Part shown: positions 24,221 to 35,639 of the stretch, in pieces
How positions within the stretch are numbered: position 1 is the first letter of the stretch
Layout of the letters: each line of letters begins with the position of its first letter
NCBI GenBank assembly: GCA_963727485.1
Contig: CAVSGM010000011.1
Location: forward strand, 288,001 to 352,000
Direction of reading: 5' to 3'
DNA length: 64,000 nt
Origin: an uncultured delta proteobacterium
Lineage (GTDB): Bacteria; Myxococcota; Myxococcia; SLRQ01
Made by a program: the position numbers and the translations under genes
The notes under the pieces: generated by a model
Told to the model about the DNA's origin: nothing
The model's database searches: none
What the model saw: only the letters and a program-made list of their open reading frames with translations

Positions 24221-25660
24221 TCACCCCTTGGGCGGCTTCTTCGCCGCGTCCTGGACGTCGCCGGGGGCGGTGGGCAGGGCCTTCACGGTCTTCCCCGCGA
24301 TGACGTAGACGCGGTGGGTGTCGGCCCCGGAGGCGTAGTAGCCCCCAGCCTTCCCCGGGGCGCGCCGGCCCACGTGGAGGACCCCCAGGACCTTCCCCCC
24401 GGTCCCTTCGACCGTGTAGGTCCGCGCCGGCGGCGCCAGCCCGTAGGCCGCGAGGTCCGGGGCGCCGTGGACCGCCCGGGGATCGGGGGCGAAGGCCGTC
24501 GCCCGGAGGTCCATGAGCTGGTAGAGGGCGCTGGCGATCTTCCAGTGGGTGGCCTCGGCCTTCACCGGGGCGGTCAGGGCCCAGACGTCCCTGGCGGAGA
24601 AGCCGGCGTCGGCGCCGGCGGGCTTGTCCTGGAGCACCGCGGTGAACCCGCCGCCGGGTGCCTTCACCGAGAGCTTGCGGGCCGCCCCGCGGTCGAAGTG
24701 GACCACCGTCTTGTAGCGCAGGCCAAAGGGCGTCTGCGCCAGGCGCCCCTCGGTGTCGGTGGGGACCTGGGCCACGCCCTGGACCTGGGTGCCCACGGCG
24801 TACCACCGGGTGATGCCCCCGTCCTTCCGGGAGGCGAGCTTCAGGTCGAGGTGGGTGCCGCCCTCGAGGTCCACGCCCACGGTGACGGCCGGGTGGTCGA
24901 GGCCGAAGCCCGCGGGGGGCCCGTCGGGGAAGGCCACGGCGCGCACCCCGGTGAGGGCGCCGACCAGCTCCTTGACCGTCCCCGGGTCGGCCCGGTCGTC
25001 CACCAGGCCCGTGACCTGCCACCGGCCGCCCTTGCCCCGGGCCAGGCGGTAGTGCTGGTCGGGGAGGGTGACCTCCAGGGCCTCGAGCCTTTGCTGCTGG
25101 AACCGGAGGAGGCGCTTCTCCCGGAGGTCGAAGAGGGACTTGTTCAGGGGGAGCTTGGTGGCGGTGGGCACCAGGCCCACGGGGCCGTCGCCGACCCGGA
25201 CGTAGACCTGGTGGTCGAAGTCGTTCTGCATCCCCATGACCACCGGGTACGACTTCGCGGCGGTGCTCACGGTGATGGCCAGGCTCGGGTGGTCGAGGCC
25301 GTACTTGTGGAGGACCTTCGGGGCCTGCTTCGCCGTGGCCACCGTGGTCTTCAGCTTCGCCTCCCCCAGGCGGTCGACCAGGGTGCGGGCGGTGGCGTCG
25401 TCGGCCTTCACCTGCACCGGGGAGACGATCTCCCAGCCCCCGGCCTGCTTGCGCATCACCACCTTGGGCCCGCCGTGCTTCTGGACGGTGAGGCCGGTGA
25501 CCGTCCCCAGGTGCTGGGGCAGGAGCCGCGCGTCGGCGGCGGTCCTGGCCACCTGGGCCTCATGGGGCCGGTACACCCCGAAGTAGACCCCGGCCCCGAG
25601 CCCGGCGGCGAACCCCGCCAGGACCAGGGTCCCCACCGCCATCCGCGTGCGCTGGCTCAC
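24221..25660 (-). CDS. DUF4340-like membrane-anchored periplasmic protein
   Basis: N-terminal TM; three repeats ending in (Y/F)GLxxP; last gene of the Gld-like ABC operon. Confidence 0.75.
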   Translation of the reverse strand: MSQRTRMAVGTLVLAGFAAGLGAGVYFGVYRPHEAQVARTAADARLLPQHLGTVTGLTVQKHGGPKVVMRKQAGGWEIVSPVQVKADDATARTLVDRLGEAKLKTTVATAKQAPKVLHKYGLDHPSLAITVSTAAKSYPVVMGMQNDFDHQVYVRVGDGPVGLVPTATKLPLNKSLFDLREKRLLRFQQQRLEALEVTLPDQHYRLARGKGGRWQVTGLVDDRADPGTVKELVGALTGVRAVAFPDGPPAGFGLDHPAVTVGVDLEGGTHLDLKLASRKDGGITRWYAVGTQVQGVAQVPTDTEGRLAQTPFGLRYKTVVHFDRGAARKLSVKAPGGGFTAVLQDKPAGADAGFSARDVWALTAPVKAEATHWKIASALYQLMDLRATAFAPDPRAVHGAPDLAAYGLAPPARTYTVEGTGGKVLGVLHVGRRAPGKAGGYYASGADTHRVYVIAGKTVKALPTAPGDVQDAAKKPPKG

Positions 25661-27188
25661 CGGTTCCTCCGCACCACCCACACCGCCATCCCCAGGGCCG
25701 CCAGCGTCAGCGGCAACAGGTCGATGGTGAACATCCGGAGGAACATCGCCTGGTTCTCCGAGAGGTAGATGTGGCTGGCGGCGCGCATCTTGGGGCGGAT
25801 GGTCACGTGGTCGCCCTGGGAGGCGAGCCAGTCGAGGGAGTTGAGGAAGAGGTCGGCGTTGCCCAGCTTGGCGGCCCACTGGTGGCCGGCGAAGTCGGCG
25901 TCGCCGAAGACCACCAGCCGCGCCTCCTTGGAGCGGGTGCCGCTGGGGGTCGCCTTGGTGGTCGAGAGCATCAGGGCCAGCGGCCCGCGCTTCTCGCCGT
26001 CGTCGGCCTTGTAGGGCGGGTGCTTGTAGTCGGTCTCGCCCCAGGCGCTCTCGCCGGTGAGGGCCACCACCGTCGGCGGCTTGACGCCCTTGAGGTGGAG
26101 GGCGGTGAGCGACCGCGCGGTGGGGAAGAGGGTGGCGAGGTCGAAGCCCTTGGTGATCGGCGTCTTGGCGTACTGGCGCACCAGGGGCACCGCCGGCCCG
26201 GTGCCCAGGAGCTGCCCCAGGCGGTTGTCGTCGAGGACCAGGTCGTCGTCGGCCTGGACCCCGTAGCCCTCGAGGAGGGTGTCGAGCCCTGCGTCCACCC
26301 CGGGATTGAGCATCACCAGAAGGCGCCCCCCGCCCGCGAGGTAGGCCTCGAGCTCGGCGACCTCGGGGGCGAGGAAGGGCTTCTGGGGCCCGGCGACGAC
26401 CACCGCCGCGGCGTCGGCGGGGACGTGCTTGACGTCGACCAGGTTCACCTTCGCGGCGTCGAGGCCCTCGTTGTCCATGGCGACCTTGATGAGGTCGAGA
26501 CCCCGGGGGCTGTGGCTGTCCTGGTAGTCCTCCTCGCCGTGGCCGGTGGTGAAGTAGATTTCTTGGCGGCGCCGCGGGTGAGCTTGAGCAGCGCGTTGGT
26601 GACCCCCTGCTCGTCGAGCTCGGTGATCTTCTCGGACTTCCCGCCCATCACCGCCACCACCCGGTTGCCGTAGAGGTTCACCTTGTACTGCTTGACCAGA
26701 AGCGGCTCCTTGTCCGGGTCCACCGACTCGAGCTTGAGCTTCTGGGTGTGGTCCTGGTACCGGGCCACGAGGTCCTTGAGGCCCTGGAACTCGCTGGCGC
26801 CGCCCCGGTAGAAGGCGAGGATCTTCACCGGCTGCTTCAGGCCCTCGGCGACCTTCACCGACTGGGGGGCGAGGGTGAAGAGCCGGGCCTGGGTGAGGTC
26901 CTTGGTCCAGCCGCTCTCGTTGGCCACCCAGTCGCCGGTGACCACCAGGCCCACCACGATCACCGTGGCCAGGGTGCTGAAGGCGATGAAGAAGGTCCCG
27001 CGTCCGGTGGCGAGGCGCCCCAGGCCGTCGAGGTTGGTGAAGCCGAAGAAGGCGATCATCGCCACGCCCACCACCACCTGGGTGGTGAACAGCCAGTTCC
27101 AGCCCCCGCCGACCCCGAAGTAGACCAGGGGGATGGGGACCAGGAGGACGAGGCCGATGGCGCCGAGAACGCGTCCGAGGGTCTTCAT
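25657..27188 (-). CDS. GldG-like ABC auxiliary component; frameshift near 26560
   Basis: DLT..RLFTLAPQS, VDPDKEP, IYFTTGHGE restored across the shift, AGPQKPF..EV..L..YL..GGRLL, LVVFGDADF. Confidence 0.8.
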
Positions 27189-27204
27189 GTGTCGATCCCG
27201 GGTG

Positions 27205-28002
27205 TCAGGCGGTCCAGCGCTGGCCTTCCACCGCCCGGTGGGCGAGGAAGAGGCCGAGGACCAGGAACGAGAGGTAGTAGGCGACGTCCTTGAGGTTGAG
27301 CAGGCCCCGGGCGAAGGACACCAGGTGCTGGAGCATGCTCATCCAGGTCATCACCGCCCGGGCGGTGCCGTGGAGGTCCTGGGCCTTCCAGCCCACCACC
27401 CAGAACATCAGGCCGATGACCGCGGTGATGAGCCCGGCGACCATGGCGTTCTCGGTGAGGCTGCTGACGAAGAGCCCCACGGCGAGGAAGCCGGCGCCGA
27501 GCAGCGCCAGGCCGAGGTAGCCGCTGAGGACGGTGGGCCACTCCACCGCGCTCCCGCTGGCGCTCTGGCCGAAGACCGAGAGGAGCAGGGGGTAGCCCAG
27601 CGTCAGGCCCAGGGCCACCACCAGCATCGTCACCGCGGCGAGGTACTTGCCGAAGACGATCTCCACCGGGCGGATGGGGGTGGTGAGCAGCAGCTCCATG
27701 GTGCTCTGGCGCTTCTCCTCGGCGATGAGCCGCATGGAGAGGAACGGCACCACGATGAGGATGAGCACGATGGCCAGGTTCATCACCAGGGGCGTCATCA
27801 CCATGTCGGTGAGGTTCATGTGCGCCGCGAGCTGCGGGCGGTTCATGGTCATCGCCTGGAGGGCGCGGCGCTGGAAGGCGCCGACCATGGAGAGGAACAT
27901 CCACGAGCCCAGGAGGGTGAACATCGCCAGCCCCACGTAGGCGAAGGGCGTGGTGAAGTAGACCGTGAGCTCCTTGCGGGCGATCGCCAGGGTGTTGCGC
28001 AT
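27205..28002 (-). CDS. GldF-like ABC permease
   Basis: IARKEL..YF.TP..Y, LSMRLIAEEKRQSTMELLLT.P, FVSSLTEN. Confidence 0.88.
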   Translation of the reverse strand: MRNTLAIARKELTVYFTTPFAYVGLAMFTLLGSWMFLSMVGAFQRRALQAMTMNRPQLAAHMNLTDMVMTPLVMNLAIVLILIVVPFLSMRLIAEEKRQSTMELLLTTPIRPVEIVFGKYLAAVTMLVVALGLTLGYPLLLSVFGQSASGSAVEWPTVLSGYLGLALLGAGFLAVGLFVSSLTENAMVAGLITAVIGLMFWVVGWKAQDLHGTARAVMTWMSMLQHLVSFARGLLNLKDVAYYLSFLVLGLFLAHRAVEGQRWTA

Positions 28003-28012
28003 GGGGGGTCCT

Positions 28013-28738
28013 TCAGGCGGCGATGAGCTTGAGGAAGATCTCTTCCAGGGTGACCTCGCGCTCGGGCCGCTTGTGGGCCTCGGCGAGGGACTTCAGGTCG
28101 TCGAAGGCGACCATCTTCCCCTGGTTCACGATGAGCACCTTCTGGCAGACCATCGCCACCTCCGCGAGGATGTGGGTGGAGAGGATCACCGTGTGGTCCC
28201 CGCCCAGCGACTTGATCAGCTCCCGGACCTCGATGATCTGAGAGGGGTCGAGGCCCACGGTGGGCTCGTCGAGGATGAGGACCTTGGGCGAGCCGAGGAG
28301 GGCCTGGGCCAGCCCCACGCGCTGCTTGTAGCCCTTGGAGAGGTTGCCGATGCGCCGGCGGAGCACGTCGGTGATGCCGGTGCGCTCGGCGGCGGACGCG
28401 ATCTCCTCGCGCAGCTGCTTGCGCCGCACGCCCTTCACCGAGGCCACGAAGCGCAGGTACTCCCGGGCGGTGAGGTCGGCGTAGACCGGCGGCTGCTCCG
28501 GCAGGTAGCCGATGCGGCGCTTCACCTCCAGGGGCGACTCGAAGACGTCGAAGCCGTCGACCTTCACCGTGCCCTCGGTGGAGGGCATGTAGCCGGTGAT
28601 CATCCGCATGGTGGTGGACTTGCCGGCGCCGTTGGGGCCCAGGAAGCCGAGGATCTGGCCCGGCTCCACCGAGAAGGTCAGGTCGTCGACCGCGACGAGG
28701 TCGCGGTAGCGCTTGGTCAGGTGCAGGGCCTCAATCAA
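28013..28738 (-). CDS. GldA-like ABC ATPase
   Basis: GPNGAGKST Walker A, LSKGYKQRVGLAQA, ILDEPT; TTG start after GGAGG; TTGACA-N16-TAGGGT upstream. Confidence 0.92.
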   Translation of the reverse strand: MIEALHLTKRYRDLVAVDDLTFSVEPGQILGFLGPNGAGKSTTMRMITGYMPSTEGTVKVDGFDVFESPLEVKRRIGYLPEQPPVYADLTAREYLRFVASVKGVRRKQLREEIASAAERTGITDVLRRRIGNLSKGYKQRVGLAQALLGSPKVLILDEPTVGLDPSQIIEVRELIKSLGGDHTVILSTHILAEVAMVCQKVLIVNQGKMVAFDDLKSLAEAHKRPEREVTLEEIFLKLIAA

Positions 28739-28880
28739 GAGCGTCCTCCAGTCCCCATATGCGAGTGGAAAACCGGCGAGAGCGGGGGATTTTCGGGCCG
28801 CGACCCTAGCGCCGGCGCCCCGACTGTCAAGGCGTTCGCAACGTCGCCACAACGACGAAGGAAGGCGGTATGTTCCCAAG

Positions 28881-30519
28881 GTGGATGGTGCCCTGCCGCT
28901 GCCCGTGCTGCTCGGGGATCTCGCCGCCGAAGGCGCCACCGGAGAGCTGCGCGTGGTCGCCGGCGAGACCGAGCGGTCCCTCTTCCTTAGAGAGGGCGTG
29001 CTGGTGCAGGCCCGGTCCCGGGTCGCCGACGAGACCCTGGGGCGGCTGCTGGTCGACCAGGGGTGGATCGGGGCCGACGACCTCACCACCGCCCTGGAGC
29101 AGGTCGCCGAGGGGCGGCAGCTCGGGGAGGTGCTCATCTCCTCCGGGCTCCTCGACGCCTCCGAGGTGGTGGAGGCGCTCACCGAGCAGGTGCGGGTCCG
29201 CTTCCTCGCCTGCATGCGCCTGCGCACCTTCGAGGCGCGCTTCGACGCCGGCGTCGCGCCGCCCACCCACTTCCAGGTGAAGCTCTCGATCCCCGACCTG
29301 GTGATGCAGGCGGTGGCCCAGGTGTTCGCGGTGGAGCGGGTGATCCACGAGCTGGGCCTCGACGAGCACACCCGGGTCCGCCTCGCCGACCCTCCGCCGC
29401 CGGTGGCGTCGCGGCTGGCCCTGGGGACCCGGGAGGCCCGGGTGGTACGGCGCATCGGCCAGGGCGTGGCCCTCGAGGACCTCGTCCGCGAGGCCGACGT
29501 CTCCTACCTCCATCTCCTGCGGATGATCTACGGGCTCTGGGCCCTGCGCCAGGTGGTGGTGGAGGCCGAGGTCGCGCCGGGGCCGGGCGGCGAGGCCCCA
29601 GGCGACGCCGGCGGGCCCGCGGCCGAGCCCCCGGAGTCCCCGGTGGCCCTCGACGTCACCGACCCCGAGGACCCGGCGCGGGTGGCCCGGCGCCGGCGGC
29701 TCCTGGAGCGGTTCAAGAAGGTCTCCCGGGAGCCGACCCCGACGCCCCTGCCCCGGGACCCGGCGCCGGCGCGGCGGGCCCGGGGCACCGGCGACGCGGT
29801 GCAGGACGAGGTCCTGCGCACCTGGCTGGCCCTGGGCCGCACCAGCTACTTCGACCTCCTCGGGGTACGGCGCACCGCCGGCCCCTCGGACGTGAAGATC
29901 GGCTACGGGGGGCTCTTGCGCCGGCTCTCGCTGGAGGCGCCCCCGGAGCGCTGGCCCGAGAAGGTCCGCACCGCGGCCGCGGGGGTCCTCGACCGCGCCG
30001 CCGAGGCCTACGCCGTCCTCTCCAACCCCGAGACCCGGAAGGCCTACCTGGCCCAGCTCGACGCCGGCGGCCCCCGGCAGGTGGTGGACAAGGATCCGCT
30101 CCTGGTCGCGGGCATCGCCTTCCACCGGGCCGATCGCCTCCGGGCCCGGGGGCAGCACGCCGAGGCCGCCCAGGTGCTCCGCGCCGCCGCCGACAGCCTC
30201 GCCGAATCCGATCCCGGGGCTCTCCCTGGCCCTGGGCGTGACCCTCTACGAGTGGACGCTCGAGGGCGGGCGGATGGAGGACGAGGCGGCGCGTCGCCTC
30301 GCCGACGCGGTCCGCCTCGACCCGGCCCTCGACGAGGCCTGGCTCTACCTGGGCCGCCTCGCCCGGCACCAGAAGCAGCCCGAGCTGGCCCGGCGGATGT
30401 TCGTCAAGGCGATCCTCGCCAACCGCCAGAGCTCGGCGGTGCAGGAGCTGAAGAACCTCGAGGCGACCCGGGGCGGCCGTTCCGGCCTCCTCGACCGCCT
30501 CTTCGGCAAGGGGAAGTAG
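28881..30519 (+). CDS. DUF4388-like + degenerate J-domain + TPR protein; frameshift near 30220, start uncertain
   Basis: TGEL.V...R.LFL.EG, LGRLLV..G.I, LGEVL..SGLL; YFDLLGV...AEAYAVLSNPETRKAY; TPR-like C-terminus AWLYLGRL in a second frame. Confidence 0.7.
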
Positions 30520-30522
30520 CCG

Positions 30523-31731
30523 GTGGCCGCGCCCATCGTGGTGCAGAAGTACGGCGGGTCCTCGGTGGCCGACGTGGCGCGGATCCGCAAGGTGGCCGAG
30601 CGGGTCGCGGGCACCGTCGCCGCCGGGCACCGGGTGGTGGTGGTGGTCAGCGCCATGGGCCACACCACCGACGAGCTCTTGGCGCTGGCCGCCGAGGTCA
30701 GCGCCCACCCGCCGCGCCGGGAGCTCGACATGCTCCTCACCGCCGGCGAGCGCATCACCATGGCGCTGCTCTCCATGGCCCTCCACGATCTGGGGATCGA
30801 GGCCATCAGCTTCACCGGCTCCCAGAGCGGGATCATCACCAACGACGCCCACGCCGGGGCGAAGATCATCGAGGTTCGCCCCTACCGCATCGAGGACGAG
30901 CTGGCGCGCGGGCGGGTGGTGATCGTCGCCGGCTACCAGGGGGTGAGCTACCGGCGCGAGGTCACCACCCTGGGGCGCGGGGGTTCGGACACCACCGCGG
31001 TGGCCCTGGCGGCGGCGCTCGGCGCCGAGCACTGCGAGATCTGCTCCGACGTCGACGGGGTGATGACCGGCGATCCCCGCGTGGTCGACGACCCGGCGCG
31101 GCTGGCGGCCATCACCCCCGAGGAGATGCTGGCCCTGGCCGAGGGCGGGGCGCGGGTCCTGGCGTCCACCGCGGTGGCCTACGCCCGGCAGCAGGGGATC
31201 ACCATCTGGGCCCGGGCCACCGCGAGCGCCGCCGGGGCGGGCGAGGACGGGACCCGGGTGCGCGTCGCCGGCCCCGAGGCGCAACCGGCGGTGCGCGCGT
31301 TGGCCCGGCGGGGCGTGTGCCTGGTCCGGGCCGGGGCCGCCTCGGCCGAGGCGGTGGTCGCCCTCGAGGCGGCGCTCGCGGCCGCCGGGGCGCCGGCGAC
31401 CTGGGTCTCCTGGGCGGGGGGCGGTCACCCGGCGGTGGCCCTGGTGCCCCTCGAGGATCTCCACGACCGGGCCGCCTTCGAGGCCGCCGCCCGCGCCGCC
31501 GGCGCCGACGCGGTGACCTTCGGCCTCGACGCGGTGACCGCCGTGGGGGTCGGCCTCGACACCGACCCCGGGGCCGCCCGGGGGCTCCTCGACGCCTGCG
31601 CCGCCGCCGGCGCCGAGGTGCGCCACCTGGAGCGCACCAGCCTCCGGGTCACGGCGGTGGTCGACGCGGCGAAGGGCCCCGAGGTCGAGCGCGCCGCCCA
31701 CGCGGCCCTCCTCGGCCCCGCCCGCGCCTGA
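30523..31731 (+). CDS. lysC: Aspartate kinase
   Basis: [44 protein letters not shown]. Confidence 0.9.
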   Translation: MAAPIVVQKYGGSSVADVARIRKVAERVAGTVAAGHRVVVVVSAMGHTTDELLALAAEVSAHPPRRELDMLLTAGERITMALLSMALHDLGIEAISFTGSQSGIITNDAHAGAKIIEVRPYRIEDELARGRVVIVAGYQGVSYRREVTTLGRGGSDTTAVALAAALGAEHCEICSDVDGVMTGDPRVVDDPARLAAITPEEMLALAEGGARVLASTAVAYARQQGITIWARATASAAGAGEDGTRVRVAGPEAQPAVRALARRGVCLVRAGAASAEAVVALEAALAAAGAPATWVSWAGGGHPAVALVPLEDLHDRAAFEAAARAAGADAVTFGLDAVTAVGVGLDTDPGAARGLLDACAAAGAEVRHLERTSLRVTAVVDAAKGPEVERAAHAALLGPARA

Positions 31732-31783
31732 TCCCCCGGGCCCACCCTCGCCAAAGGGCGCGCCCCGGGCTAGGTTCCGCCCC

Positions 31784-33280
31784 GTGACCGAGGCCGCGCC
31801 GACAACCCGGGTCCTGGTGGTGGACGACGAGCAGTCCATCCGCTTCGTCCTCGCCCGCGCCCTGGCGCCGGCGGGCTTCGAGGTGGACGAGGCCGGGACC
31901 CTCGCCGAGGCCCGGGCGCGCCTCGAGGCGGCGGACCACGCCCTGGTCTTCCTCGACGTGCGCCTCCCCGACGGCAGCGGCCTCGACTTCGTGGCCGAGC
32001 TCGGTCGCCGGCGCCCGGCGCCCCACGTGGTGGTGATGACCGCCCGGGAGTCCATGGAGGTCGCGGTCCAGGCGATGAAGGCCGGGGCCCGGGACTTCGT
32101 GGTCAAGCCCTTCGACCTCGACCGCCTCCTGGGCATCGCCCGGGAGCTCGCCCACCGACCGCGCACCGTCGCCGCCACCGGGACCGAGGCCGCCACCCCC
32201 GAGGGCCTCGCCCGCCCCGGTCGCCTCATCGGCGCCAGCCCGGGGATGCTCGAGGTGTTCAAGGCCATCGGCCGCACCGCCCCCACCGACGTCACCGTCC
32301 TGGTGGTCGGCGAGTCGGGGACCGGCAAGGAGCTGGTGGCCCGGGCCATCCACGACAACTCGCCCCGGGCCGGCCGGCCGTTCATCACCGTGAACTGCGC
32401 CGCCATCCCCCGGGATCTCATGGAGAGCGAGCTCTTCGGCCACGAGCGGGGGAGCTTCACCGGCGCCCTCGAGCGCCGCCGGGGGAAGTTCGAGCTCGCC
32501 GACGGGGGCACCCTCTTCCTCGACGAGGTCGGCGAGCTGCCGCGCCCGCTCCAGGCCAAGCTGTTGCGCGCCCTCCAGGAGCGGGTGGTGGAGCGGGTCG
32601 GCGGAGCGCAGCCGGTCCCGGTGGACGTGCGCATCGTCGCGGCCACCCACCGGGACCTGTTGCGCATGGTCCGCGAGGGGGCCTTCCGCGAGGACCTCTA
32701 CTACCGCCTCAACGTGGTGCCGCTCTCCCTGCCGCCGCTCCGGGAGCGCCCGGGGGACGTGCGGCGGCTGGCCTCGGCCTTCGTCCAGCGTTGGGGCGCC
32801 GAGCTCACCGGCCACCCGGTGCGCCTCGCCGAGGGCGCCGCCAGCCTCCTCGAGGCCCACGCCTGGCCCGGGAACGTCCGGGAGCTGGAGAACGTGGTGA
32901 AGCGGGCGCTGCTCTTCTCCCGGGGGGGCGAGCTCACCGCCGACGACCTGCGCCGGGCCATGGGGCCCACCCTGGAGCCCGCCTCCGCGCCGGCCACGGG
33001 GCCCGCGCCCGACCTGGCGTCGATGTCCCTCGAGGCCCTGGTGGAGACGCGCCTCGAGCGCTTCCTCGACGACGCCGGCGACCGGCCCCCGGAGGGGATC
33101 CACGATCTGGTGATGCATCGGGTGGAGCGGGTGCTCCTCAAGCTGGTCCTGGCGCGGTGCGGGGGAAACCAGCTCGAGGCGGCGCGGGTCCTGGGCATGA
33201 ACCGCAACACCCTGCGCAAGCGCATCCACGACCTGGACGTCCCCCTGCCGCCCCGGCGCCGGAACCGGAGGCGGCGGTGA
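31784..33280 (+). CDS. NtrC-family sigma54 response regulator
   Basis: Receiver domain, GESGTGKELVA, ESELFGHERGSFTGA, Fis-type HTH GNQ..AA..LG.NRNTL. Confidence 0.93.
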   Translation: MTEAAPTTRVLVVDDEQSIRFVLARALAPAGFEVDEAGTLAEARARLEAADHALVFLDVRLPDGSGLDFVAELGRRRPAPHVVVMTARESMEVAVQAMKAGARDFVVKPFDLDRLLGIARELAHRPRTVAATGTEAATPEGLARPGRLIGASPGMLEVFKAIGRTAPTDVTVLVVGESGTGKELVARAIHDNSPRAGRPFITVNCAAIPRDLMESELFGHERGSFTGALERRRGKFELADGGTLFLDEVGELPRPLQAKLLRALQERVVERVGGAQPVPVDVRIVAATHRDLLRMVREGAFREDLYYRLNVVPLSLPPLRERPGDVRRLASAFVQRWGAELTGHPVRLAEGAASLLEAHAWPGNVRELENVVKRALLFSRGGELTADDLRRAMGPTLEPASAPATGPAPDLASMSLEALVETRLERFLDDAGDRPPEGIHDLVMHRVERVLLKLVLARCGGNQLEAARVLGMNRNTLRKRIHDLDVPLPPRRRNRRRR

Positions 33281-34119
33281 ACGCCCTGGCCGAGCTCTCG
33301 CCCTTCGTGCGCCTGGCGATCTACGCCGGAGCGGTGCTGGTCTCCACCTTCCTGGCCGCCCTCTGGCCGGCGACCCGGACCCACGACGGGAAGGCCGCCG
33401 GGCACACGGCCCTCTCGGTCGCCGCCGGGGTGATGCTCGGGGCCGCCTTCTTCCACATGCTCCCCGAGGCCATCCGCGAGGCGGGGCCCCAGGTGAGCTA
33501 CGCGGTGGTGCTGGGCTTCGCCACCCTCTTCCTCCTCGAGCGGGTGGTCCTGGTCCACGCCTGCGAGATGCTCCCGGAGCCGTCGGCGGCCGACGCCGGG
33601 GTCCCGGAGACCGCCCACGTCCACGTCCACGATCCCGCCGGCGGTGACGACTGCGCCGAGCACCCCCAGACCCTGGGGCTCACCGCCTTCGTGGGCTTCT
33701 CGCTCCACACCCTCACCGACGGGGTGGCCCTCGGGAGCGCAGTGGCCGCCGCGGGGCTGGGGCCGGTGGTGCTCCTGGCCATCGTCCTCCACAAGATCCC
33801 CCTCTCGTTCTCGCTGGCCGGAGTGCTGCGCCACGAGGGGCGCTCCACCGGCCGGGTGCTGGCGATGGTGGGGGTGTTCGCGGCGATGGTGCCGGTGGGC
33901 GCCGGGCTCTTCCTCCTCGCCGCGAGGTGGCTCACCCACGCCGGCGCCGGGGCCATCACCCCCTACGCCCTGGCCTTCAGCGCCGGGACCTTCCTCCACG
34001 TCGCCTTCAGCGATCTCCTCCCGGAGATCCACCGGCGGCGCCGGGGGGCCCTGCCGGCGGCGGCGGTGGTCGCCGGGGGGCTCCTCCTGATGTACCTGCT
34101 CACCTTCCTGGAGCACTGA
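33277..34119 (+). CDS. ZIP-family metal transporter
   Basis: AAGVMLGAAFFHMLPEA, His-rich loop, LHTLTDG, LHKIP, SAGTFLHVA.SDLLPE. Confidence 0.88.
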   Translation: MNALAELSPFVRLAIYAGAVLVSTFLAALWPATRTHDGKAAGHTALSVAAGVMLGAAFFHMLPEAIREAGPQVSYAVVLGFATLFLLERVVLVHACEMLPEPSAADAGVPETAHVHVHDPAGGDDCAEHPQTLGLTAFVGFSLHTLTDGVALGSAVAAAGLGPVVLLAIVLHKIPLSFSLAGVLRHEGRSTGRVLAMVGVFAAMVPVGAGLFLLAARWLTHAGAGAITPYALAFSAGTFLHVAFSDLLPEIHRRRRGALPAAAVVAGGLLLMYLLTFLEH

Positions 34120-34242
34120 TCCCCGGGGTGACGGGACCGGCACGCGGGCCGGAATACCCCTCCCTCCGCCGTGTTGTTGGACCCCGGGTGGTCTGGTACC
34201 GTGGCCCACCGCCCCGAAGTGCCGGAAATTGCGAGGGAGAGC

Positions 34243-35256
34243 ATGGAAGCGACCGCCGCTGCGAACCTGCGTCAGGACGTCAAGGCCATCAACGACCTGG
34301 TGCAGAACGAGAGCGCCTTCGTCGACCTGGTCTTCGGCGAGGTGACCAAGGTCATCATCGGCCAGCGTTACATGATGGAGCGGATCCTCATCGGGCTCCT
34401 CACCGGGGGGCACGTCCTCCTCGAGGGCGTCCCGGGGCTGGCCAAGACCCTCACCGTCAAGACCCTCTCGGACACCCTGGAGGCGACCTTCAAGCGCATC
34501 CAGTTCACCCCCGACCTGCTCCCCGCCGACCTTTTGGGCACGCTGGTCTACCACCAGCACACCGGGGAGTTCTCGGTGAAGAAGGGCCCGGTCTTCGCCA
34601 ACGTGATCCTCGCCGACGAGGTGAACCGCGCCCCGGCGAAGGTCCAGTCGGCCCTCCTCGAGGCGATGCAGGAGCGCCAGGTCACCATCTCCGACACCAC
34701 CTACCCCCTGCCGCGGCCCTTCATCGTCATGGCCACCCAGAACCCGGTGGAGCAGGAGGGCACCTACCCGCTCCCCGAGGCGCAGGTCGACCGCTTCATG
34801 CTCATGGTGAAGGTCGACTACCCGACCCGCGAGGAGGAGCGCCAGATCATGGACCGGATGGCCACCGGCACCGTCGAGGCGGTGAACAAGGTGGTCGGCC
34901 CCGACGACATCGGCCGGGCCCGGGACGTGGTCAAGCAGATCTACATGGACGAGAAGCTCAAGGAGTACATCGTCGACCTCGTCCAGGCGACCCGCGAGCC
35001 CGAGCGCTACGGCCTCGCCGAGCTCAAGGGCTACATCCAGTACGGCGCCTCACCGCGCGCCACCATCTACCTCAACCTCGCCGCCCGGGCCCACGCCTTC
35101 CTCCGCCACCGGGGCTTCGTGACCCCGGAGGACGTGAAGGCCGTGGGCCTCGACGTCCTGCGCCACCGCGTCATCCTCACCTACGAGGCCGAGGCCGACG
35201 AGTACACCAGCGAGAAGGTGGTGCAGCGGATCTTCGACGCGGTGGAGGTGCCGTAG
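34243..35256 (+). CDS. moxR: MoxR-family AAA+ ATPase
   Basis: LEGVPGLAKT, RIQFTPDLLPAD, DEVNRAPAKVQSALLEAMQE, YGASPRA. Confidence 0.95.
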   Translation: MEATAAANLRQDVKAINDLVQNESAFVDLVFGEVTKVIIGQRYMMERILIGLLTGGHVLLEGVPGLAKTLTVKTLSDTLEATFKRIQFTPDLLPADLLGTLVYHQHTGEFSVKKGPVFANVILADEVNRAPAKVQSALLEAMQERQVTISDTTYPLPRPFIVMATQNPVEQEGTYPLPEAQVDRFMLMVKVDYPTREEERQIMDRMATGTVEAVNKVVGPDDIGRARDVVKQIYMDEKLKEYIVDLVQATREPERYGLAELKGYIQYGASPRATIYLNLAARAHAFLRHRGFVTPEDVKAVGLDVLRHRVILTYEAEADEYTSEKVVQRIFDAVEVP

Positions 35257-35270
35257 CCGGAGCCCCTCCG

Positions 35271-35639
35271 ATGGCCCCTCCCTCGACGCCGAGCCCGCCG
35301 TCCAGCGCGACCCCCCTGGGAGTGGGCGCGGGCATCCTGGTCATCCACCTCGCCGCCAGCGGCTTCTGCCTCTTCTTCGGTCTGAAGGCGGCGGCGGCGG
35401 CGCCGGGGACCGTGTCCCTCACCGCGGTGGGGCTCGCCCATGACGCCGCCCGGATCCTGGCGATGCCGCTGGCCGCCGCCATCGGGCTCGGGGGCATCGC
35501 CGCCGGGCCCGAGCTGGCGGTGTGGGGGCGGCTCGGCCTCAACTCGGCGGTGTGGGCCCTCGGGGCCGGGCTCCTCGCCTGGGCCTGGCAGCGCCGCCCG
35601 GGCCACCCCCTGGGTCACCAGGTGGCGGGGCGACCCTGA
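35271..35639 (+). CDS. Small membrane protein
   Basis: ATG 35271 to TGA overlapping the next start; about 3 hydrophobic segments. Confidence 0.55.
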   Translation: MAPPSTPSPPSSATPLGVGAGILVIHLAASGFCLFFGLKAAAAAPGTVSLTAVGLAHDAARILAMPLAAAIGLGGIAAGPELAVWGRLGLNSAVWALGAGLLAWAWQRRPGHPLGHQVAGRP

